A stretch of 64,000 bases of DNA from Macrostomum hystrix (GCA_950097015.1 CATNEN010000009.1:1116001-1180000); one strand, 5' to 3'; shown: positions 49,561 through 62,566, numbered from the stretch's first letter. The notes: a model not told the origin generated them from the letters alone. Program-made: numbers and translations.

Positions 49561-50315
49561 TAATTTATATAGTTTTTAGTTGCTAGGTTAAAATAGAATT
49601 AAGAAAATGGTAGCTAGCTAAGTAGTTCGTTGTAAGATGTTGAAGGCAAACTTTTCTACTTAGGTCCCTTAGCTTGAATCTATTGCAACTTGGCATTACT
49701 TAGTTATTCAATTTGTTGCTAAAGTTATAGTGAAAGTACCAAAAATGTAAATGAAAGTAATATAATATATTCATATTTTATTGTTCAGGTTTTAAGGTTC
49801 AGCGGGATAGACAGAATTGCCTCCTTACTAGCTGCAAGTAACTTATTGCATTGCTAAAATTATTAATGAAATTAAATAGCAGTGGTTATATAACCACCTA
49901 CAAAATAGCAGCTGAAATTTCTTTTAAATTTAAAAGTATATTTTGAAACCAAAATGGTTTTTTTTCAAAGTAAGATTTATTACTCGTTATTATATACAGT
50001 TCAGGATTATTCGTAACTCAATAAATTACTTTCATTTAGCTTTTGCGGTTTTGAGTGTCATGTTTTGCCATTAAATAGTTTGATTTCTTCTTCAGTTAAA
50101 AATTAAATCTTTTAAGATCTTAAAAAGCCAATTAAGGGCCATGTCCTATTCAGAATAATAATATATACTCGATATTTTTTCATTATTAGCACTATCAAAT
50201 TTTTATTCACAGAAATATTTTTGTGTGCTTATCCTGTTCACAGTATTGATTGCGACATCTGCCTCCTGCTCATCAGCTTCCATTTATTTCGACGCCAACT
50301 CCTTTCAGCCTCAGA

Positions 50316-52295
50316 ATGATGTCCGCGCCAGCCGCCTCATCAGCGTCTCTGCCGGCCGCTTCGCCAAACCCGACTGCAGCCACTTCCGCATCCTCGCCTG
50401 TCGCCTCCGCTGCTGAAACTGCCGTCTCCCTTGGCGTCGACGAAGAGCTCAGTGACGGCGAGCACCTGCTTGGAGACAGCGCTGGCAGTGGCGTCGGCGG
50501 TCAGCAGCCAAAGATCATCGTCAGGACAGCCGCCAGCCGGAGTCGTCGGGTTGCCGCTGGCGGCGCACACGGCCTCGCCAGGGACGCCGGCGCGGCCAGC
50601 GGAGGCTGCGACTGCGGCCCGGTCTGTCGGCGCCTCGGCATCAGCCGCTTCCCGCCAGCCGGCCTGTGGTTTGTCAAGGACGTCTGCGGTGTTTTCTGCG
50701 CCATGTTCACCTGGTTCCTGATCTTCTACGCTGAGTATGTTGTGCTATTCATTGTGCTCATTCCGGCGCCGTCATTCGCTTTCAAATGGATCAACGGTGT
50801 GATCTTTCATGCGCTAATCTTTCTGGCCTTCTCATCGCACTGCAAAGCAATGCTTAGCGATCCCGTGAGTTCAATTCAGTGATTCAATCTATCCTTATCC
50901 AGCTGTTGACTGGCCTGACCCAGCTGTTGACTGGCCTGACCCAGCTGTTGACTGGCCTGACCTAGCTGTTGTTGACTGGCCTGACCTAGCTGTTGACTGG
51001 CCTGACCCAGCTTTTGAGTATCATGACCCAGTTGATGACTAGCCTGACCCAGCTTTTGAGTATCATGACCCATCTGTTGACTAGCCTGACCCAGTTTTTA
51101 GTGTGATGACCCAGTTGTTGACTATCTTGACCCAGCAGTTGACTAGCCTGACCCAGTTGTTGACTATCTTGACCCAGCAGTTGACTAGCCTGACCCAGCT
51201 TTTGAGTATCATGACCCAGCTGTTGACTAGCCTGACCCAGCTTTTGAGTATCATGACCCAGTTGTTTACTAGCCTGACCCAGCTTTTGAGTATCATGACC
51301 CAGCTGTTGACTAGCCTGACCCAGTTTTTGAGTATCATGACCCAGTTGTCGACTATTTTAACCCAGCTGTTGACTAGCCTGACCCAGCTTCCAGCACGCC
51401 CATATTCGCACCTCACACCCATCGCAGGGCGCGGTGCCGCTAGGCAATGCCACGAAAGAGAACATCCTGCGCATGGGCTACCGTGACGGCAAGGACAGGG
51501 TAATCTACAAGTGTCCAAAGTGCTGCTGCATCAAACCGGAGCGCTCGCATCACTGCAGCGTCTGCCGCCGCTGCATCCGCAAGATGGACCACCACTGCCC
51601 CTGGGTGAACAACTGCGTTGGCGAGACCAACCAAAAGTACTTCGTGCTCTTCACCGTGAGTGGCTGGCTGTTCTCTGATTTGCTCAAACCCGAATTCACA
51701 ATTCAAGTTTTCCTCCTTACCCGACATTGCAGCTGTACATCTGCATCTCCAGCTTCTTTGCCATCTACCTGACTATTCACTACTTTGTGCTCTGCGTTGG
51801 CTCCGAGTGGGAGGGTGAGCGACCTATTTGGTGTGCCTGGCATCATGGGAACAGCATTTCCAGATCCCCGATTCACCTCAATTTGCAGCATGCTCCTCCG
51901 GCTTCTCGCCGCCAGCCACCACAATATTCCTGGTGTTCCTGCTGGTTGAAGGCGTCCTGTTCGGCCTCTTCACTGCCATCATGTGCGGCGAGCAGCTGCA
52001 CGGCATCATGAATGACCAGACTGTGAGCGGCTGGGAAATGACCAATTTCGATTCCCTACCTGGATTAATGACCGATGACCAATTTCTTCCTCAAGCCTCA
52101 CCCTGACCCCGCTTGATTCCTTGACCCCAGGGCATCGAGAACCTGAAGCGCGAGCGGCACAACTGGGAGAAGAAGTCGCGCTTGGTCTCCATGGAGTCGG
52201 TGTTCGGCCATCCGTTCTCCTGGCGCTGGCTGAGTCCGTTCAGTTCGCCCAACCTGAGCAACGGCAAAAACCAGCCGTACATGTACTCGGTGTGA
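50316..52295 (+). CDS. ZDHHC3: DHHC palmitoyltransferase, ZDHHC3/7 subfamily, 5 exons, ~385 aa
   Basis: Exons 50316-50864, 51428-51655, 51733-51814, 51889-52022, 52131-52295; [58 protein letters not shown], four TM segments. Confidence 0.93.
50890..51395. repeat. Mixed ~18/21-bp intronic minisatellite (CAGCTGTTGACTRGCCTGACC)
   Basis: Tandem copies fill ZDHHC intron 1. Confidence 0.9.
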
Positions 52296-52364
52296 CACAC
52301 GATTGACCGAATTCGGCTCTGTGCTGGATGCGGCGCCTTGGGGAGGCGCTTTAGCATGAGCAAA

Positions 52365-53330
52365 ACTTTTTTTTCTTACTTATTCCATGTTAGACACGAT
52401 CCCCAACACGTTGGACACGATTCTTAACATGCTAGGCACTATCTACAACTTGTTAGACACTATATTTAGCATGTTAGACACGATCCCCAACATTTTACAC
52501 ACGATTCTCAAATGTTAGACACGATCCCCAACATGTTACACACGATTCTCAAAATTTTAGACACTATTTTCAGATGTTAGACACCATCACAAACATGTTG
52601 CACTCTATCCCAAACATGTTACACACTATCCTAAACAGGTTACACACTATCCCAAACATGTTAGACACGATCCCCAACATGTTGGACACGTTTCTTACAT
52701 CTTGGACACAATCCCAACATGTTAGACACGCACGATCCCAATATGTTAGACACGATTCCCAACATGTTAGGCACTATTCCCACATGTTAGACACTATTCC
52801 CACATGTTAGACACGATCCCCAACATGTTAGACACTATTCCCACATGTTAGACACTATTCCCACATGTTAGACACGATCCCCAACATGTTAGACACGATC
52901 CCCAACATGTTAGACACTATTCCCACATGTTAGACACGATCCCCAACATGTTAGACACTATTCCCACATGTTAGACACGATCCCCAACATGTTAGACACG
53001 ATCCCCAACATGTTAGACACTATTCCCACATGTTAGACACGATCCCCAACATGTTATACACCATCACAAACATGTTACACACTATCCCAAACATGTTAGA
53101 CACGATCCCCAACATGTTAGACACGATTCCTAGCATGTTAGACACGATACCTAACATGTTCGACGCGATTCCCAACATGTTAGACACTATTCTCACATGT
53201 TAGACACTATACCCAACATGTCAGACACGATCCCAAGCATGTTAGACACGATACCCAATATGTTAGTCACTATCCCAAACATGTTAGACACGATCCCCCA
53301 CATGTTAGACACGATCTTCAACATGTAAGA
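52365..53330. repeat. 20/21-bp minisatellite (CATGTTAGACACGATCCCCAA)
   Basis: About 45 degenerate copies 3' of ZDHHC. Confidence 0.92.
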
Positions 53331-53959
53331 CGAGGCAGGCGCATATTAACAAGTTTTGTTATTCTGTACAAAGTCAATTCGACCCGCTTGCCTTTACTGC
53401 ATGACAGCAGTCCCACACAATGACCCCTGCCTGTTCGCTGAGCCTATATGATGAACAATTAATATTGTCGAACTCTCTGATCTGCTGCTTACAATTCACT
53501 CGGCATTCTCACTGTAGATTCCTTTTGAGCTCTCTCTCTAAGCATTGCACTTGGATACTGGCTGCTTAAAGTCTCAGCTCTTTAACGCAGTGCGACCCCA
53601 GTACTGTACACATGCCTATGTCTGTTTTAATTTTTACTGACTAGATTTCTCCTGACTGCAGCACAATGCCCTTAGGGAATTCGGTTCACCTGTATGATGC
53701 TTCTGCTATCGGCCTTAGAGTCTGTCATTGTATAGCCTATGCTGATGTGGGTTCAATTCAGAATCGTCAATAATCGATTGATTCTGCAGATTCTGCTTTC
53801 AGATTTCGCCTCTTTTCTAGCTCATTGTTTGTTAAATGGCCACCCACCTATGTCATATGTCTGGTTATGACCTTTTTGTTGTCATAGGTCACGGTGTGGC
53901 TCATAGATCATAGTTCAGGCAGACCGTCATCATTGACTCCATGAAACTTATATCAGTCA

Positions 53960-54450
53960 TAAGTGACGCTATGACCATTACTGTCCGTCATAAGTGACGC
54001 TATGACCGTAATTGTCCGTCATTAGTGACGCTATGACCATTACTGTCCGACGTGTCCGTCATTAGTGACGCTATGACCGCAATTGTCCGTCATCAGTGAC
54101 GCTATGACCGTAATTTTCCGTCATCAGTGACGCTATGACCGTAATTATCAGTCATCAGTGACGCTATGACCGTAATTGTCCGTCATCAGTGACGCTATGA
54201 CCATTACTGTCCGTCATAAGTGATGCTATGACCGTAATTGTCCGTCATTAGTGACGCTATGACCGTAACTGTCCGTCATCAGTGACGCTATGACCGTAAT
54301 TGTCCGTCATCAGTGACGCTATGACCGTAATTGTCCGTCATAAGTGACGCTATGACCGTAACTGTGCGTCATAAGTGACTCTATGACCATAACTGTCCGT
54401 CATCAGTGACGCTATGACCGTAATTGTCCGTCATAAGTGACGCTATGACC
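53960..54450. repeat. 31-bp minisatellite (GTGACGCTATGACCGTAATTGTCCGTCATCA)
   Basis: About 15 copies. Confidence 0.92.
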
Positions 54451-55466
54451 ATATATCTCATAAGCGACCGCTGCTTCAGAGATCAGTTGTCACGCTTTCG
54501 TTCGTCATGAGTGAGAATATGATGCATGTTGGATTAGTTTGGTGACTTCTAATCTACCCTAAGCCACAATGTGATGTAAGATGAGTGAAAGTGACCAATA
54601 TTTATATCTAGCAGATTTATTGCAGCTATTCCTGCCTGAGTGTCCTCTCGCTGTTTCTAGTGTACATCAGCACCTGTTAGCAACTTTTCTCTAATCTGTC
54701 GCCTTAGAATTCTGCTTATTGTTTACCTGCCTATTACTACTTATTAAATTTTATATCATCTAAATGAAACAGTCGAAAGGGAAAATACTGGCTACCATTA
54801 TTAGTACTGCCTATTAAATGTTTTACATTTTGTGCTTTTTGTCTACTGTAAGTAGCGTGTACTTGCTAGCACATTGTAGCTTCACTGCTGCTTTTATAAT
54901 TGTTCCCCAAGTGTGTACTACTATTAGTACTAAAATCAAAACTCAGTTTCTTAAAAACTTGGAGACCCTGCACACATCTGTGTGCTCTATTTGTTTAGTC
55001 TGTGATTTGATGCATCCCGCCTGACTGAATTGTTGTTAATCTATTGCACTTTTTGTCTTTAATTTGTCTGAGCAATGCTGCAAACTGGATTATAAAATTA
55101 AATATTTAATTCGAAATATATGTAGCAAATATGTGAAACAGCGACTGGCACCCAACTGCCTTTGACTTGTCACTCACCACTAACCTGTAGTCGGTCACCC
55201 GCCCCCAGTCTGTTCCACGCCCCCAGTCTGTTGAACGCCCCCAGTCTGTTCCACGACCCCCAGTCTGTTCCACGACCAAATCCTGCTACGTGGCCCTAAG
55301 GTGTGCTATGACCCCAGTCTCACCCATGACCCCAGTCACCCATGACCCCAGTCAGGGTTCCCCAGTCTCACCTAGAACTCCAGTCAAAGTCCTAAAGCCC
55401 TACTCAACCGCTGACGCTGCTTACATCTCCCGCAGCCGCTGCTGTGCCCCTGTCGCAGCCGCCGCA

Positions 55467-57097
55467 ATGTCCTGCCCGCCAACCTCGGCCGTGCGCATTC
55501 GCACCTACCATCCCACCGAGGCTGAGTTCGCCAATTTTTCTGCCTACGTCTCAGACACCATCGAGGCCAGCGGAGGCCACCTGGCCGGCATCTGCAAGGT
55601 GGTGCCGCCCAGCTCGTGGCGACCCCGCCAGGCCGGCTATGACGACTTGAGTAGGCTGAGCATTCCGCAGCCAATCAAACAGCGCATTGTGGGCACGGAC
55701 GCCGGCGCCTACCAGCTCTGGAATGAGACGCTGAAGTCACTGACGCTCGAGCAGTACAAACTGCTGGCCGAGAGCGAGCTTCACAGGTGACAGTCAGACT
55801 CGCTGACACATCAGACAGACTCGCTGACACATCAGACAGACTCGCTGACACATCAGACAGACTCGCTGACACATCAGACAGACTCGCTGACACATCAGAC
55901 AGACTCGCTGGCACATCAGACAGACTCGCTGACACATCAGACAGACTCGCTGACAGATAAAACCCACCTCAACCCTCCAGGCCCCCCGCCCGCTGCAGCA
56001 GCCCTGAGCAGCTGGAGCGCAAGTACTGGGCCAGCCTAACGCTGAACCCGCCAGTGTACGGTGCCGATGTCAGCGGATCCGTCACCGACGTGGACCAGCC
56101 GCTGTGGAACATGCGCCGGCTCGGCACCCTGCTTGACAGCCTGGACCAGCGCATCGCCGGCGTGAACACGCCCTACCTGTACTTCGGCATGTGGAAGAGC
56201 ACCTTTCCGTGGCACACGGAGGACATGGACCTGTACTCGATTAACTACCTGCACTTCGGCGCCTCCAAGCACTGGTACGCCGTGCCGCCGGCCAACGGTC
56301 GCCAGTTCGAGCGCCTGGCCGATGCCTACTTCGGCGCCTCCAAGGCCGAGTGTCCGGCCTTCCTGCGCCACAAGACCTCCGTGCTCAGCCCGCAGCTGCT
56401 GCGTCGGCACGGCGTGCCGTTCGACTCGATTGTGCAGCACGGCGGCGAGTTCATCATCACCTTCCCCTTCGGCTACCACTGCGGCTTCAACGCCGGCTTC
56501 AACTGCGCCGAGAGCACCAACTTTGCCAGCCGGCGCTGGATCCACTTCGGCCTGGCTGCTCGCATCTGCCGATGTCAGGATGACAGCGTCATCATCGACA
56601 TGGCGCCCATTGTGCACCGCTTCGGCGACGTCAACTGTGCCGATCAGTCGCCCAGCGGCCGTCGACGCCCGCCGCCTCAGGGCCGACACCCCGCCGAGCT
56701 GGAGGCCGCCGCCGGCGACACCCGGCAGCAGCGGTCGCGGCCGCCGATTCCTTCGCCTTCGAAGTCAAACAGCCCAGCATCTGGAACATCGTCGGAGAAT
56801 CCTAAGCGCCGTCGAAAGTTGCCGAAAGTCTCCGCAGCGGCCGAGCCGGACGAGAAGTCAACGGACGCCGATGTCACCGATGTGGTCGACTCTCTGAGAA
56901 GCTCGCATTCGCCGATGATGCGAAGGTGTGGCAGCGACTCGGAGACGGGCATCGAGGTCGCATCCGAGCCTATCGAGAAGCCGGACACCCTGGACGCACC
57001 CGAAATCGTCCCCGATTTTGCTAGCGAGGCTTCGATCGAATCGCCAAGGAGCTCCGGCCAGATGATGAACCTGTTCGACCGACTGCGGTCCGCCTGA
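55467..57097 (+). CDS. KDM4: KDM4/JMJD2-family histone demethylase (JmjN plus JmjC only), 2 exons, ~478 aa
   Basis: Exons 55467-55786 and 55981-57097 (phase 2). JmjN YHPTEAEF...GICKVVPP; Jmj[47 protein letters not shown]. Confidence 0.93.
55795..55955. repeat. 21-bp minisatellite filling the KDM4 intron (GACTCGCTGACACATCAGACA)
   Basis: About 7 copies starting a few bases after the donor. Confidence 0.95.
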
Positions 57098-57444
57098 TGC
57101 CTGCCTCTCTGGCTGTCCTATCAGCTCTGTGTGATCAGTCTTAGTATTATTTTATTAAGTTCCCAGCGAACCCAGACAGTGCATCCGCAGCCTCATCTGT
57201 GTCTGTTGTTACTTTTTCACCTGCCGTTTGAACAGGATGGCTCATCCTCTGCTGCCTCTTTGTCCGTGCATTTCTCTGCGCTTCTGTTTGGCTCTCTGAG
57301 ATACGCAGCTAGTACTGTGTGAGTAGGCTGTTTTGCTTGTTATTTCATGTAAGTAAAATATTTTTTAATCCTGTTTTTATGGTCTTATCGTAAGCACCGG
57401 ACTATCGGTAGTGGGATGCGCTTTTTGCCCTACTTATTTGATCC

Positions 57445-58075
57445 ATCCTGTCCTGTCCCATCCTGTCCAGCCACATCCTGTCCAGCCACATTCTGTCCAG
57501 ACCAATCCTGTCCAGCCACATCCTGTCCAGACCAATCCTGTCCAGCCACATTCAGTCCAGACCAATCCTGTCCAGCCACATCCTGTCCAGACCAATCCTG
57601 TCCAGCCACATCCTGTCCAGACCAATCCTGTCCAGCCACATCCTGTCCAGACCAATCCTATCCAGCTACATCCTGTCCAGCCACATCCTGTCCAGCCACA
57701 TCCTGTCCAGACCAATCCTATCCAGCCACATCCTGTCCAGACCAATCCTGTCCAGCCACATCCTGTCCAGACCAATCCTGTCCAGCCACATCCTGTCCAG
57801 ACCAATCCTGTCCAGCCACATCCTGTCCAGACCAATCCTGTCCAGCCACATCCTGTCCAGACCAATCCTGTCCAGCCACATCCTGTCCAGACCAATCCTG
57901 TCCAGCCACATCCTGTCCAGACCAATCCTGTCCAGACCAATCCTGTCCAGACCAATCCTGTCCAGACCAATCCTATCCAGCCACATCCTGTCCAGACCAA
58001 TCCTGTCCAGACCAATCCTGTCCAGCCACATCCTGTCCAGACCAATCCTGTCCAGCCACATCCTGTCCCGACCCA
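57445..58075. repeat. 15/30-bp minisatellite (TCCTGTCCAGCCACA / TCCTGTCCAGACCAA)
   Basis: About 42 alternating 15-mers. Confidence 0.95.
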
Positions 58076-58549
58076 CGGGCCCCAGCAAGCAAAAGAAACA
58101 AATGCAATACTGCAAATCCAGCTTTTGCAATAGGCAATGTATTGTACAGATTAAATTTATGACAGATTTTAGCATAGAAAATCGACAGTCCGTTAATATA
58201 CCATCTGGTTGAATGCGCCCTAAGATTAGTGACTTTTTATTTTGATTTAATAAATTCTACGTCATCTGTCTTAGCCCGCTGCGAGAACAAAGAATTCGTT
58301 TGTATATGTGCTGTATAGTAAAAATCGTGCTTTATAAGTAAATAAATTGTTTATGACTTGAAAGCATTGTCAATTTGTTACTTGCTTTTCGTGTTCTCAC
58401 ATAGTGAGTTGAGATGCTTTGACATGCTCTAGTCATAAAAAACTGCAAAATACAAAAGAAGAGGAACTGGTTTCAATTCCTTAAATATGTAATAACATCA
58501 TGGGATTATGTGGTACAAAGTCGATGCTCTCCCAGCTTTGAGCCCACTG

Positions 58550-59260
58550 CTCTTCTAGATCCCATCTTTGTGTTCAGTGCTCTCTTAGATCCCATCTTTG
58601 TGTTCAGTGCTCTCTTAGATCCCATCTTTGAGTTCAGTGCTCTCTTAGATCCCATCTTTGTGTCCAGTGCTCTCTTAGATCCCATCTTTGTGTTCAGTGC
58701 TCTCTTAGATCCCATCTTTGAGTTCAGTGCTCTCTTAGATCCCATCTTTGTGTCCAGTACTCTCTTAGATCCCATCTTTGAGTCCAGTGCTCTCTTAGAT
58801 CCCATCTTTTTGTTCAGTGCTCTCTTAGATCCCATCTTTGAGTCCAGTGCTCTCTTAGATCCCATCTTTGTGTCCAGTGCTCTCTTAGATCCCATCTTTG
58901 AGTCCAGTGCTCTCTTAGATCCCATCTTTGAGACCAGTGCTCTCTTAGATCCCATCTTTGAGACCAGTGCTCTCTTAGATCCCATCTTTGAGTCCAGTGC
59001 TCTCTTAGATCCCATCTTTGAGTCCAGTGCTCTCTTAGATCCCATCTTTGAGTCCAGTGCTCTCTTAGATCCCATCTTTGAGTCCAGTGCTCTCTTAAAT
59101 CCCATCTTTGAGTCCAGTGCTCTCTTAGATCCCATCTTTGAGTCCAGTGCTCTCTTAGATCCCATCTTTGAGTCCAGTGCTCTCTTAGATTTCATATTTG
59201 TGTCCAGTGCTCTCTTAGATTTCATCTTTGAGTCCACTGGTCTCCCAAATCCCATCTTTG
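58550..59260. repeat. 30-bp minisatellite (GATCCCATCTTTGAGTCCAGTGCTCTCTTA)
   Basis: About 23 copies. Confidence 0.95.
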
Positions 59261-59332
59261 AGTCCACTGCTCATACAGATTGCAGTTGTAAGATCACTGA
59301 TTATGTTTACGGGGCAGGTCTTTGAGCTCAGT

Positions 59333-62300
59333 CTATTGTCCGCCGTGCAGCTTATCGGTCGATGGTTGCATGGCCTCAGCCGCAGCCGCCCGGCCCTGGC
59401 AGAAGCCGAGCTGGCAGGCCTGGCAGCCGGTTCTGTCGTGCTTCCGGTTCGGGTTGCCCGCCCTGCGCCACAGCTGCACCCGCTTCTCCCCGGTGCTGAC
59501 GCGGTAGAGCGTCTGCCCGATGCGCCAGAATACATTGTACATCACCTGGGGTGAATGGACTCAAGACTAGGCTTCAGCTCATTTTACAGCTTGATGACTC
59601 ATTCACTGATTCTACAGCTAGATGACTCATTCACTGATTCTACAGCTAGATGACTCATTCACTGATTCTACAGCTAGATGACTCATTCACTGATTCTACA
59701 GCTAGATGACTCATTCACTGATTCTACAGCTAGATGACTCATTCACTGATTCTACAGCTAGATGACTCATTCACTAATTCTACAGCTACATGACTCATTC
59801 ACTAATTCTACAGCTACATGACTCACTCACTGGTTCTTTAAATTGATGACTCATTCACTGATTCAACAGAAAGATGACTCATTCACTAATTCTACAGCTA
59901 CATGACTCATTCACTAATTCTACAGCTACATGACTCATTCACTAATTCTACAGCTTGATGACTCATTCACTAATTCTACAGCTTGATGACTCATTCACTA
60001 ATTCTACAGCTTGATGACTCATTCACTGGTTCTTTAAATTGACGACTCATTCACTGGTTCTACAGCTTGATGACTCACTGACTCTACGATCGTACGGCTT
60101 GAACTCAGTCACCAAATTCTTTCTAAGAAAATTCTCAGCTGCAGCGCTCTCACCTTCTCGATTTCCTCCGGGTACCACTGCGGTTCCTCGAAGACGGTGT
60201 CCGCTCCGCCTCGGTGCCCATCGGTCTCGTGGCAGCGCTGCTTGAACAGGCGGAACAGCAGGTTGTAGCCGCGGTGCAACAGCGTCCCACCGTCCGGGTC
60301 CAGGAGTCCCGGCCCGACGCAGTCCACGCGGAACAGGTGGAACACAATGCGGCCCTTCATGGAGGTCCACTCCTTTGGGCATTGCTGCTTAAATTGGTGG
60401 GCACAGGACAGTACAGGCTTGGTGAAATCTACCTGCTTTTTGTACGCAAAATCTGATTCGTCACATTTAATCGTTGAAGAGGTTTTGACGCGTTCCAGGT
60501 AAAAACTTTTGAAGAGGTTCAGTTGGATACTTCTGAAGAGGTCCAGTTTGAAACTTTTGAAGAGGTCCAGTTTGAAACTTTTGAAGAGGTCCAGTTTGAA
60601 GCTTTTGAAGAGGGCCAGTTTCAAGCTTTTGAAGAGGTCCAGTTTGAAACTTAAAAAGGTCCAGTTTCAAACTTGAAAAGGTCCAGTTTGAAGCTTTTGA
60701 AGAGGTCCAATTTGAAACTTGAAAAGGTCCAGTTTGAAACTTTCGAAGAGGTCCAGTTTGAAGCTTTTGAGGAGGTCCAGTTTGAAACTTGAAATGGTCC
60801 AGTTTGAAGCTTTTGAAGAGGTCCAGTTTGAAGCTTTTGAAGAGGTCCAGTTTGAAACTTTTGAGGAGGTCCAGTTTGAAGCTTTTGAAGAGGTCCAGTT
60901 TGAAACTTAAAAAGGTCCAGTTTGAAACTTTTGAGGAGGTCCAGTTTGAAACTTGAAAAGGTCCAGTTTGAAACTGTTGAAGAGGTCCAGTTTGAAAAAA
61001 CTTTTGAAGAGGTCCAGTTTGAAACTTGAAAAGGTCCAGTTTGAAACTTGAAATGGTCCAGTTTGAAACTGTTGAAGAGGTCCAGTTTGAAGCTTTTGAA
61101 GAGGTCCAGTTTGAAACTTGAAAAGGTCCAGTTTGAAACTTTTGAAGCTAGGTCCAGTTTGAAGCTTTTGAAGAGGCCCAGTTTGAAACTTTTGAAAATT
61201 GGTCCGGTTAGAAACTTATAAAGATTTTAAGAAAAGGGCTCTTGAAAATGGTCTATACAAGTTAGTTTGAAATCACCAGTAGAGCAAGTAACATTTGTTA
61301 AGCTGGCTATCATCAGTTAGAAGGCAGAGTGACTTTTTGTAGTTTCTCGTGAACGCTGATGGAGCTAAAAACGAGCTGCTATTTTCTAAACCATGTGCCT
61401 CACATTGGCAGGCCTGCTAAAGCGGTTTTATGCAGCTATTGTTCGTACCCTCAATTCATTCAATGCAAGACAATGGTACTGACATCTATTGTGTACAAGC
61501 AGCCTTCTTCGACAGTTGCTGTCTCGCGACAACTCTTAGTTAAAGCCTGAGAAAGCGATGTTCGTCAACTTGGCGAGATGTTTTCTTGTCCTTTTTACGG
61601 AATCCGTGACTGCATGGGTTTGAGATGGATGTCAGCTGCTATGCTCACATTCATCAGGCCCCAACGCCCCAGCCAGCATTGAAATTCGTGGGCTGAGGCG
61701 CAGGTGGGCGGCTGCATCGAGCGTGCCTGATTAGGTCACTGCGCTTCTTTAACGTACCAAGCAACTTTCAGTAGCGAATAAGGACATTGCTTGGGGGTCG
61801 GTCGCAGAGCGGTTAACGCGTTTGCCTCTCGCACCAAAGTCCTTAAGTTGGATTCCACGGCGAGGCCACATTTATTTGGGGTGCAGCCTCGGAGAGAAAT
61901 CTTGGGGGCTTGTCGTGCAATTTACGCCCTTGAGGGCCAACCTCCAAGGCACAGTTCGAGTGTACACTGCCTGACGATGCGAAAGTCAGGCCAGATGTAC
62001 ACACCTGTGTGAGCGTGTGCCTGCGTACAGTATCTGTGTGCGTGTGTTGCTCAGGAGTCAGCGAAATGGGCAGAATTGCCTCCTCGCTGGCTGTGGGTCT
62101 AGTGTCAACAAATGATGTGCCACTGCCCACAGCCCTCCTGCAATTAATATTACTATTATAAGGACATTGCTTAGGGACGCCTGACATAGCGGTTTCTGAA
62201 ACTCACCGAGCACCGGAATCGAACCTTGGCGCCGTCGTAGAATGAGCAGCCCACAATGCTCAGCTGCAGATGGACAGCCGAGCTGTTGCCGAGCCGCTGG

Positions 62301-62566
62301 CTGAGCGGCTCCCTGGAGCTCCACAGGCAGCCGTAGTCACCGTCGGCCGGTGGCAGGCCGCCAGTGAGTCGCCGAATTTTCGCTTCGACTGCGTCGTCCA
62401 GTGGCGACAGGCCGGCTGGAGACTCCAGCCAGAGCCGCGCCTCGCCGGAGTACTCGGAGCTGCCGGCCAGCGCAGCCGCCAGGCGCTGCCGCTGGGCATC
62501 GAACTGGGCGAGCCAGACCCGCCGAATGTCGGCGCTGCGGGGGGGGGGCATTAAGCAGATTGACAA
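59333..62566 (-). CDS. Hypothetical multi-exon protein with Cys-rich C-terminus; family not recognised
   Basis: Protein-like exons about 62550-62200, about 60530-60154, 60118-60083 and 59545-59333. The last three join in phase 0 as ...PEEIEK|NLVTEFKPYDRR|VMYNVFWR... using a 35-nt intron. The link between the first two exons is unresolved. Confidence 0.5.
59590..60075. repeat. 28-bp intronic minisatellite (GATGACTCATTCACTGATTCTACAGCTA)
   Basis: About 17 copies. Confidence 0.93.
60530..61200. repeat. ~19-24-bp minisatellite (GAAGAGGTCCAGTTTGAAACTTTT)
   Basis: About 30 variable copies continuous with an exon boundary. Confidence 0.92.
61793..62157 (+). mobile_element. SINE family A, copy 3, full length with TSD
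   Basis: 15-bp TSD ATAAGGACATTGCTT at 61778-61792 and 62158-62172; tRNA-like head GTCGCAGAGCGG...GTTGGATTCC; AT-rich tail. Confidence 0.9.

Noticed and set aside
60083-60154. Selenocysteine or read-through at TGA 60109-60111 (ERIW*LSSSRTIVES)
   Set aside because: A 35-nt intron plus GTCAGT donor gives a stop-free, more protein-like join, and no SECIS was recognised. The short intron itself needs RNA confirmation.
2842-61200. Many long repetitive ORFs (e.g. 3765-4148, 6484-6982, 27026-27919 LILT/SVKM frames, 43316-43988, 57411-58175, 58506-59325)
   Set aside because: Stop-free translations of minisatellites, open in several frames and on both strands, mostly inside phase-consistent introns.
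61793-61870. Genuine tRNA genes at SINE heads (also 2760-2829, 12640-12790, 63770-63810)
   Set aside because: No complete cloverleaf; the heads are fused to shared non-tRNA bodies and one copy has a TSD.
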